Shown piece after piece: positions 54,331-64,000 of a stretch of DNA of 64,000 nt. The stretch covers positions 70,432,001 to 70,496,000 of the forward strand of contig NC_043008.1 of the NCBI RefSeq assembly GCF_006345805.1, read 5' to 3'. The number at the start of each line of letters is the position of its first letter. Positions within the stretch are counted from its first letter, which is position 1. Under the pieces are notes generated by a model, which did no database searches, was not told the DNA's origin, and saw only the letters and a program-made list of their open reading frames with translations. This stretch comes from Octopus sinensis. Lineage: Eukaryota. The translations under genes were made by a program, and so were the position numbers.

Positions 54331-54897
54331 GTTGGAAAGATTTATATGTTTGAAATGTTCTTAAATTAAGTGACGTTTATTTTTTAGTGTTACTGATTCA
54401 ATCAATAATTGCTTTAAGCTATTCAAAATTTTCGCATTGAAACATAACATTTAAGAGAGTAGGAGAGCAAAAGATTTTCTTTTTATTCCTATGAAATTGT
54501 TTGATTCTTAAGTGATTACATAAACGGAAATAATTTTTATTCATTGAGATATTTTTGTCTTTGAATTAACTGAAGCAACATCATTGGTTAGAAATTCTAG
54601 TAGTGAGAGTAAAGTTTATGGAAAACTGCAAATTGTCTGTAGGGAATCATTTCAAATCTTGTGTTTTAGGAAACAGTAGACTGTTGGTATATGTGGGATA
54701 AAACTTATAAAATAATGTTAACAGAAGGCTTTAAAGTTAGCAGAGAGTTACGCTTGTGAAGAGACACAACTGACTGTTGCAATATATGCAGCTTTTCACA
54801 GACACAAAAGTAACAACTGTGTGTTCCGGGTGACTAGGAAAATACTTCGTTGAGTATGTATCAGGTTATACTGAGTGGAGCAATTCTCTCGTTCCAG

Positions 54898-54969
54898 TGT
54901 CTCAAGATATAGTAAAACAGGGAAGCGGAGTTTTCTCTGTTCCTAGACCCAAAGAAATGTATATTATAG
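54898..54969 (+). CDS. Weak candidate 72-nt phase 1-1 exon, (V)SQDIVKQGSGVFSVPRPKEMYII(G)
   Basis: Acceptor ttctctcgttccag and donor ATAG|gtaaac; phase fits the 48240 donor. Confidence 0.3.
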
Positions 54970-55229
54970 GTAAACCCTATTTTGAAGTCATTAATATTAA
55001 AATTTTAGAACAAGGAAAAACACCTGTACATACAAGAAACAAAAATAGAGACATTGGTTCAATCCTCTGTTTAGCCTAGTAGTTGGCATTCTAATAAATA
55101 TCTTCTTTAAACTAATCAAAACATTTTGCGCCACAACATAAATACTACAAAATAGTCATCAGAATCATTATAAAGATGTTATAGTTTACTACACAAAGGA
55201 AAAGAGAAATTGTTCAGGAATACTGAGAT

Positions 55230-56476
55230 AGTGATTATAAGTGCTGATTCACCATCAGAGCAGCAGTTTAGCTCCCAGATCTAAGTTCAATCCATAGGTT
55301 AATCAAGATATAGATACTCTGATTGAAGCGTAACACAGTAGCGGTATAACAAATGTGGAATAACTGACAAAGAGAATTCTTTTAGGATGGAAGAAAAAAA
55401 AAATCAACTTTCCTACCCCACCCACAAGGCCGCTGAGATTGATGGCACTAGGGAATCAAATATGCGTCAACACGTGCAAGGAAAGATATGAGTCAGAAAG
55501 AAGTTCCATGAGTCCAAATTTTTTGTAAAGAAAATCTGGAAGAAGATAAGTGAATTATGTGAGGTGGAGGAGAGTCGAATGGGTCGGGAATGCCAAATTG
55601 GAGGTGACATGAGTCCATTCAGACCCGAAGACTGGAGACTATTAAAACAGGGGTAAAACGACAGGCCTGTAGGATAAAGGCTGGAGTATTTCTGTGTATG
55701 TCCATATGCCTACCGTCTAGGATCCCCATGTTGTCAGCAGAATCGTTCGTTGTGGACATCACCTGAGCTTTGAAGAGTATTAATAATTGATACATGAAAG
55801 GAGGAACAATTGTTAAAGTTTTAGCTGTATCACAGATGTACTTTTACCAGGAGAGATCCTCGATGATAGAGAAATCCTGCTTTTGGCACGTTCATTAGAA
55901 CTCTAGTTGTGTGCTTGTGTTTAAGGTATATGTGGAGCCATAATTTCTTCGTATGGGTATCATTTGTGTTTTCTTGTAAGAAACTAGATTGGTATATCTC
56001 CATTGGAGGATGCTTTTGAAGTCTCTATTCATAGAATTGATGCGGGTTTGACGCATGGTGTCTAGATAGGGTCTAGGTGATGGAAGGCTGAAGAAGTTTG
56101 GGAAAGAATGAAGGGTAGCACCGTCTGCCTAAAAAATGAGAGCTGTTGGATGTGATAGCAAGGAGAATATTGATGTATAACAGGGAAATGGGGGATAAAA
56201 ATCACAATCTAGATTATACCAGAATGAAGAAGAGAAAGTGGTCAGTCAACACATGGCGGTGTGATAGTGCGTTCTGATAGGACGCTGCTGATCCAATAGA
56301 TGAAACGGGAGGAGCCCATAGAGGGACAGTTTTGTATGCCAGACACCGTTGACATCGAGGGCAGCAACATTGCTTCATAAAATTTCTCTACGAGCCCACA
56401 GTTGGGTGACATAAGAGAATAGATGACATATTGATGGTCGTTAAGGAGGGACATACAGGGAGATAGAAGAGAGTGG

Positions 56477-56517
<41 letters not shown>

Positions 56518-57960
56518 AGAAAGAGAAAGAGAGAACTTTACCTTTGTTAATAACGCTATTTTTATTAACTGAGAGAAATTAGATGTGAGTTGAGGGTCGG
56601 AGAGCTTGATTTCTTTGGATGGGACGGTTTGTAGTGTGTTTCTAAAGGGCAAGATAAATTACAGTAAAGAGAGCGAGGGAGAGAAAGAGAGAGATTATAG
56701 AGCATAGAGGTTAGATATAGGGTAGAAAGATTGCAGGTGATAGAAAGGACCGTGTTCAGGATGTTGTCCTTGTTAGGCTGAAGCAACTGAAGGAACCTAC
56801 ACACATGACTTATGAGGGGAAGGTATTTTGCCAAGTATGCACAGAGTGAGGCTGGTTGTATAGTGGGAAGTTCGGGTGGAGGCAGTACTCTTCATAGAAC
56901 TATCGTTGTTGTGAAGTGAAGGGAAAGGATCTGCAAAATTGGTAGATAGATTTCTGGCAAACAGCCAGCTTGATCAGCTGAAGTTTCAGGGATAGCAAAG
57001 CTTTATAGCTGTGCGATACATGGTCTTATGATTTAAATTATAATTTGCAAGAGTTGTGCTGCTGGGTTAACACCGCCAAGATTTGAGTGGGAGAGAGAGC
57101 GAAGTGAGTTTCTCCGAGCGATCTAAGCTTCGTTTCTGCCTGAATGTTTCCCGTGCAACAATCAGTAAATTGCTGGAGAACTCGAGACATTGAATTTCTT
57201 TGTGTGCAAGATGTGGAGAGTCTCGTCTAAAAAGATAGTTCCAATCATTCTCTTCAATGTTTCCGATAAGTCAAAAATAAAACATACTGCCAGCATTAAA
57301 CAGATAAAGATCTGAAAAGTCAGTTAAACTGAAGTGCTACAGAGTGGGGGACAAGGAGATTTTTCTGTCGGGCATGACGATGAGGCAGTAGTAGCGCAAC
57401 CTGATAGTTACAGTTTGGTTGAGGTTAGGGATAGAGGTGAGAAATGGATCAAGGGTGTTTGTATGTCTGTGTCGATCTGGGATGTGTAACAAGGATAAGA
57501 GAACTTGGAGAGAACTGAGGACTGCAATGAATTAGATTTCCGCACCGGCAGCATCGGTGTAGGATTTATGACAGGGCCACAAGGAGTTGCGAGTATGAAG
57601 GACTAGATAAGTTAGGAAAGCAACAAAGGTGAAGGAAGGAGACTATGAAACAGTGTAAGTGGCTGTCATTATTGGCGATATATCTGAGAAAGGTGAGTAA
57701 CAGAGAGAGTTGAGTCTTTTTAAGCCAAGGAGTGAAGTTTGAATAATGAGTATAACATGTATAGTGCTGATGAATTGTAGATATAGACGGAGAGATTTGT
57801 GCATAGGAAAGGTATAATCTGTGAGTGTCTGTGGGAGAAAGAAATGATGAATGCGATTTAGGTTGGTAAGAAGTCCACGAGTATCGATAAATTATTTGCT
57901 GGCAGCTTCGAAATGGGAAAGGGTGTATATAGGTATACATATAAAAGTAAATACACAAAG
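55230..57960 (-). mobile_element. Decayed CR1/L2-like LINE (EN-RT)
   Basis: Remnants VLPPPEL, HYKPSHPKKSSSPTLNSHLISLS (PIPKKG..PSNYRPISL-like), LLNDHQY and IYWISSVLSERTITPPCVD occur in RT order. Confidence 0.75.
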
Positions 57961-59595
57961 AGACATGCTACGCAGCAAGTAAGAATATTAGGATATTAGA
58001 AGAAATGAAATAAGTTATATCAGTATGAAATTAAATGTGTGTTAATGAAACGATGAAACGAAATATTTGTTATTCTGTTATCTGAGGGAATGAACGGAAA
58101 ACTCCAAAGTAAGAAAGTACTTTTAAGCTGATTTACTACATAGATAAAAAAGAGAAAGTTATCGATTCTTTGTGCTTCAGGATAAACAATAGTCAGCTTC
58201 TAAGTCTAAATATTGAAGAGTAAGAAATAATGGTACATCATTGCTAATGATTTATGGTTGAAGTAAAGGAAAGTGCGCACTCATGTATGTGTACATAGAC
58301 ATAACTATATTCATATATACATACATAGCTATATACATACATACATACATACATAATACATACATACATACATACATACATACATACATACATACATACA
58401 TACATACATACATACATGTGTGTGTGTGTGTGTCTATACCTTTAAGAGTGCCGCTGTGTGTGTCTGTGTGTTACTTTTTACACCTTTTTGTACTCATCTG
58501 TCTGCATTTGCTTCTTTAATACGGAGAGTATTTGAGTCACACACACCTATATATGTAGTTCTAAGCATATATTTAGATGCATTTATATCTTATGCAATTA
58601 AGTATCTCCTGTAAAATGTATTAATATTTCATTATTCTCTCAATTACTATTTACCTCTGTACAGACACAAATTCACACATGCATATACATATATACATAG
58701 ATCCCTCCCCACATGTAGGCATGCATATGTGTGAGCATATAGGCTCAAGTCGCGAAACCATTAATGTTTCATAGAACAGTCACATTCACTTATGTACAAA
58801 TATCTCATAATAGCTAACAAACAACCTCCATAAACCATCATACATGTGTGCCGATTGAAACGAAACACCCAAATATATTTCGAATCTAAAGCAGATGCAA
58901 CTATACGTTGCTTCAATCTTATTCTATATTTGAAAAGAGAACGAAAGAATAGTTTACATTCAAATGGAGCATTCTAGCGGGAGACATACTATATCCCGGA
59001 AAAAAATCTTGTAGCCTATGTACATCGGAACACTTTGATATAATTTTCGCAAAAAGTAGGTGCACAAGCATAGATTAGAATCTATGATACGGTAGCCAGG
59101 CGAGAGCTACCTTTTCCTCAACAGAGTGCACATGTATATCTTGGATGTTATTCTATTTGGGCATTTAGATTTGTTTCTATTCAATTTTATTGGCGTACGT
59201 AAATGTATCTGCTCCTCTGGATTTTCAAATATGAACTGGTTCGATGTTTAGTGAACCGTCATATTTGTACCAAAATGACGTTTTTATGAAACGGTATAGT
59301 TTTTCTTTTGCTTTATTAGTTTTTATTTAAGCGGATTTAAGTATATCCCTATTCTGATATATCTTTGCATTTTTTTATCATTGCTTCTGTGAATTCCTCC
59401 AATATATTTGTATATACGTAAATGTGGCTGGTATATTACAAATAGTGTAGCTAGATCAGCGTTCATGTGCCTATCTGTATGTATGTGTTTGTATTTATGT
59501 AAGTAGGTGTTTGCCTTTAAGAGTATATGTATTATACATACATACATACATACATACATACATACATACATACATACATGTAAACACACAGAGAC

Positions 59596-59650
<55 letters not shown>

Positions 59651-59654
59651 GTGA

Positions 59655-59830
59655 ATCTAAACAAAGAACAAACATGAAAAAGCAACAACGCGAGGACGTG
59701 GTACATGTAATATATTGTCAGACGCTCAGGGAAGGAAAGAAAGAGAATTTAATGTTTCGAGCAAAGCTCTTCTTCAGAAATGGAGGTAAGTCCTAAAGAC
59801 GGAGGAAGAAAATCGCCAACGATTCACACG
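59655..59830 (-). mobile_element. Short PLE-tail-like element carrying a minimal hammerhead motif (59747-59781)
   Basis: AUUU-CUGAAGA-A-GAGC(UUU)GCUC-GAAAC-AUU-AAAU. A second partial copy of the flank lies at 23490-23570. Confidence 0.65.
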
Positions 59831-60091
59831 TGGTTACAATTTGAAATTTTATCATCCGTATCTCCACACACGTTATTTCTAAGAGTACTTACACTATGTA
59901 AATTTATATAACTTGTTATATGCATACACATGTGGGTACATTTATACAAGTTTACTTATTTGAATACCACATGCAAAATATTTTCTTTATATTTCTTTAT
60001 ATTTTTTTCTTTTACCTTGTTACTCTTTATTCACTTAATATTCATGAATGTTTTATTCATTAGCTCATTTTACCATATAAACACCTTTCTA

Positions 60092-60127
<36 letters not shown>

Positions 60128-60840
60128 AAGGTATTTATGTGTTGTTATCTACTGATATCTATGCACATATATATGTGCATGACTTTTTTCTTTTTATCTT
60201 TATTTCAATCACAAGTCTTTATCATTTATCTCCCATTTTACACTCATTCTTCTATAGTCAAACATAAAAGTTTAATATTGCTCTACCTGGAGTGCAACGA
60301 AGAGCTAACTTCATATTTTATTATCTAATTACTAAATTAGCATAGTGTATTTTCTCACTTTCCGGAGATAACTTAATAAGAATACGGATCCATAGAGATA
60401 ACTCAGTGACTAGCATCTTGTTTGATACATACATATGTAAATTTAACCCAAGGTGAAAGCTGCAGTTGTAGTTGGATTCACGCTCTTCATTTTATAATTA
60501 TTTATGGATTCATTTGAATTTGCATTTTTAGCGTAGAGACTGGCTCAGTTTTCAGCCTACTCTTACATTTCAACCCCGAAGGGTCACTTTATGATTAAGC
60601 GTACATTTCTATCCCATTTCCTTGTTAAATGTTTTGTTTCAGTAGAATTATATACGTACTGTATGTTTATGTTAGTATAGCCATGTTTGTTTATATATTA
60701 TTGTTTAAGAGATATAGCTTAGCATACATCTGTGTGTTTGGAGGTGAATGGTTTATGAAACCTTTACAACTAGTGTACTAGTGTACCTACATGAATCTCT
60801 ATCTCTCTACGTATATATATATATATATAATATATATATA

Positions 60841-61184
60841 ATTAACAGAATGAGATAAAAATTCAGGGCTGTGAATAGTTTTCAGAACATTTATAAAAAG
60901 AAGGTCTTACAGTTCTTTCCGGGATATTTTATATATCACACACCACTCTGCTTAAATAATGGAACTGCAAATACAATATCCTTACGTATCACACGTGTTT
61001 TCATTCTTCCACTTCACTCTGTATTCCATATCTTCTCTACAATAACTATTACGTAAACATTTTCTCGCACCGTCTCTGACGAAGGGATATATAAAATATC
61101 CCGGAAACAGCTGTAAGACATTCTCTTTATAAATGTTCTAAAAACTGTTCACAGGCTTGGATATTTTTATCTCATTCGGTTAAT
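60841..61184. mobile_element. Inverted duplication of a hammerhead-bearing short element
   Basis: Arms 60841-60937 and 61086-61184, with a ~150-nt spacer. Confidence 0.8.
61072..61119 (+). ncRNA. Near-intact type I minimal hammerhead ribozyme motif
   Basis: GUCU-CUGACGA-A-GGGAUAU(AUAAA)AUAUCCC-G-GAAAC-AGCU-GUA^AGAC: perfect 4-bp stem I, 7-bp stem II and palindromic stem III ACAGCUGU. Confidence 0.65.
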
Positions 61185-61403
61185 TTTTATATAGACGTAT
61201 GCAAATAAATGACCTACGTTAGACTCCTCATTCGTATCATTATCAAACCTGGAGATTAACTATAGTCTGTCCATAGCCCTTACTCAGTACTACCTGACAC
61301 CTTTGGGTCTTCTTGACACCAATACTTCTCATACCCAATGTATATATATATATATAAATATATATATATATTGTATGTGTGTGTGTATATTTGTGTGTAT
61401 ACG

Positions 61404-61435
<32 letters not shown>

Positions 61436-62050
61436 CATAGATGTATATGTGTATATATATATACACATGCATCTATATATGCATGTATATATGCATGTAT
61501 GTTACTCTAGCATATATGCACACACATATTTATATACAAACATACACACACACACATATATATACATATGTGTATATATGCGTACCATATGCCTATGATA
61601 TATATGCCTATATATATATATTAATGTTATATAATTTTTGTATAATACATATATACAAATATAATACACACACACGCACGCACATATATACAGACACACA
61701 TACATACTTGCATACATACACACCTTCAGGTGTGTTAGGTATGCATGTGCACATGCTGCATTTACACCTTTGCCTATATTTTCACACCCATTTACCCGTA
61801 TATGTTTCTGAGGGCATTCATATGAATCAAGAACACATGCACAAATTATACGATATATTTGTGTATAATGCTACATGCTTGTTGAAATAAATTTCCTGAG
61901 GAAAATATTTAATTTATAACTTCAATATTTCATTGCTTTCTCTTTGGTTCTGTACACATGTATATTTGTGTTTTCTTACATTCATTAACCCATTTTAATT
62001 CAACTCACTCACTTCTTGTGTGCATATGTATGTGTCTATAAATATACATG

Positions 62051-62122
<72 letters not shown>

Positions 62123-62152
62123 TATACATATAGATAGAGAGAAATTGATAGG

Positions 62153-62194
<42 letters not shown>

Positions 62195-62319
62195 CACACA
62201 CACACATATATACAAACACACATATATAAGCATATATGTGCATAAATGTGTATATACATATAACACATACATACATACATATATATATGTATATATATGC
62301 ATATACATATAAAGATGTA

Positions 62320-62374
<55 letters not shown>

Positions 62375-62395
62375 ATAAAGTGTGTGTGTAAATAC

Positions 62396-62445
<50 letters not shown>

Positions 62446-63114
62446 AATTACAGAAAGTGAGTGAGACAGAAACATAGACTGAGAGAGTGAAAGAGAGTAA
62501 AAGAGAGAGAAGGAGAGAAAGAAGTAGAGAAAGAGGGAGCTAGAAGGTGAGAGTGAGAAAGGTAGAGAGAGAAATATACATATAAGCGTATGCATTTATT
62601 TCCAACATAAGTCTTTATTAATTATCTCACTTTATTCTTCGTTGTTCAATAGTCAGCCTCAAAAGTTGAATAACGTTTTCCCTGAAGCACAAAGAATCGC
62701 TAATTTCACTTTATTATCTCCTTATTTAATCAGCTTAATGTACTTTCTCTCGTTTGTGTTTCACACGTATCTCCTTCAGATAATCGAGTAACAGACATTT
62801 CATTCGCTAAATGCATATATTAAGATAACTTACTTTAGTTTCTACAGAATATGCTACTCTATGCACTTTGTTACTTCATGCATGTATTTCTATACATACC
62901 TATTTACATAGTCTCCCATTTTTGAACACCTTACAATTTAACATTGTTATTTGTCCTATGTCCTAATCCTTCTCTCACCTATATGATTCCGTTTGTTACA
63001 AATCAAATTTTAAACGAAAATGTGTTTCCTTATTATACGTTATTATGTGGGTTCCTTTATAATAACTATCTTTTTATCAGTTTCCTTTCTTGGATAAATT
63101 TGCTAAAACGAATC

Positions 63115-63290
63115 CTCGAGTGCTGGCATAGATGTGTGGTAAGAAGTTGGTCTCACAACTGTGTGGTTTCACGTTTAGTTCGAGTGCCATATTGAACAAA
63201 ATGTCTTCCACCACAGATTCAGAGTGATCAACGTCTTGTGAGTGAATTTGGTAAAATGTAAACTCTGTGGAACCAACACACATGCACGCA
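63115..63290 (+). mobile_element. SINE family A, decayed 5' half
   Basis: gatgtgtggtaagaagtt...cttgtgagtgaatttggta. Confidence 0.6.
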
Positions 63291-63324
63291 CACTCACTCA
63301 CTCACACACACACACGCACACACA

Positions 63325-63482
63325 TATGAGGGTTGTTGAAAAGTTCTTGGCTTTAAGAGTGTCGTGAAAGGCCTCCTTGGAGTCCCAACTTTCCGAGTTC
63401 TTTTGCAGGGCTTTGGATAACCGAAAGACCACTGCAATAAGTGTGTGAATCTGAAGAGAGAATATTTCGAATAAAATCATAA
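63325..63482 (+). mobile_element. Mariner-derived deletion element
   Basis: TIR tatgagggttgttgaaaagttcttggcttt followed by HCNKCVNLKREYFE*, which resembles the mariner transposase C-terminus. Confidence 0.7.
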
Positions 63483-63489
63483 CTGATAA

Positions 63490-63538
63490 TAGGCGCAGGA
63501 GTGGCTGTGTGGTAAGTAAGTAGCTTGCTTACCACGCA
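63490..63538 (+). mobile_element. SINE family A head only, abruptly truncated
   Basis: aggcgcaggagtggctgtgtggtaagtaagtagcttgcttacca, then unrelated sequence. Confidence 0.85.
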
Positions 63539-64000
63539 AGCGTGAGTTTGTCAGTCACTTACGAGAGTGAACACCGTCAAGACGTGCTTAGGAACCGTCT
63601 TGAATTAAAGAACCGTTGAAGGCGCGACTGCAAGGTAGGCATCTGTCTTTTTAAGGATTCGGTGGGGAATATTTATTTTTTTAGATTGTTTTTTTTTCTC
63701 GAATAAGAAATCCTCACTGGTTCCTAGACATTTGTCTGCTACGGTCGTGTGAGAATTGTTGTTTTGGTGGGTGTGTCTCGATACCAAAATTTGGAAAATT
63801 TATGAATTCATGAAGGAAGTTTTGTGTCCTGCGACGATGAACTGGAGTACCTGTATTCTTGTGGATTTCCTGAGTGGCGGTATTGTGTTGCCGTGAATTG
63901 AACTGTCTTCCTTCGTTCTTTTTCTCTGCTCTGTCTTTCTATTCTTTTTTGTGTTTTTATTGGACTTTATATTTGGATTTTGTGTTGAACAATTTTCTTT

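Noticed and set aside
54088-54369. 93-aa ORF as a host exon
   Set aside because: Overlaps a Tc1 transposase motif in another frame, so it is a transposon relic.
63450-63475. CUGAAGA...GAAU hammerhead look-alike
   Set aside because: It is the coding end of a mariner transposase remnant; no GAAA, stem I or stem III.

Overview
AT-rich, microsatellite-dense animal genomic DNA. The repeat landscape is most consistent with an octopod cephalopod (Octopus); this is recognition of the repeat families, not a database result. Most of the window is intronic or intergenic: several tRNA-headed SINE families, decayed LINEs (RTE, CR1/L2-like), a decayed Penelope-like element (PLE), Tc1/mariner, hAT-like and Helitron-like relics, a 3.7-kb (AT)n array and an ~865-bp tandem duplication. 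Nearly all long ORFs in the track are translated microsatellites. Coding evidence is sparse and no gene can be named. A + strand gene probably ends at 33320-33426 with a GPI-anchor-like tail, and a second + strand gene probably starts at 48165 (ATG at an exon end, 60-nt intron, 11-nt microexon). The most striking unexplained structure is a set of six type I hammerhead-ribozyme-like motifs from apparently different short repeat families, four of them inside long inverted duplications. One is nearly intact (61072-61119), and one is fused to a tRNA-Ser-like Pol III head (12565-13040), which suggests a SINE/retrozyme-like system mobilised by PLEs. Several long dsRNA-forming hairpins (9801-10136, 25117-25402, 35227-35332) are relevant to ADAR editing or small-RNA production. 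No CRISPR array, rRNA or intact tRNA gene was seen. All alignments and folds were done by eye, and repeat boundaries are approximate.
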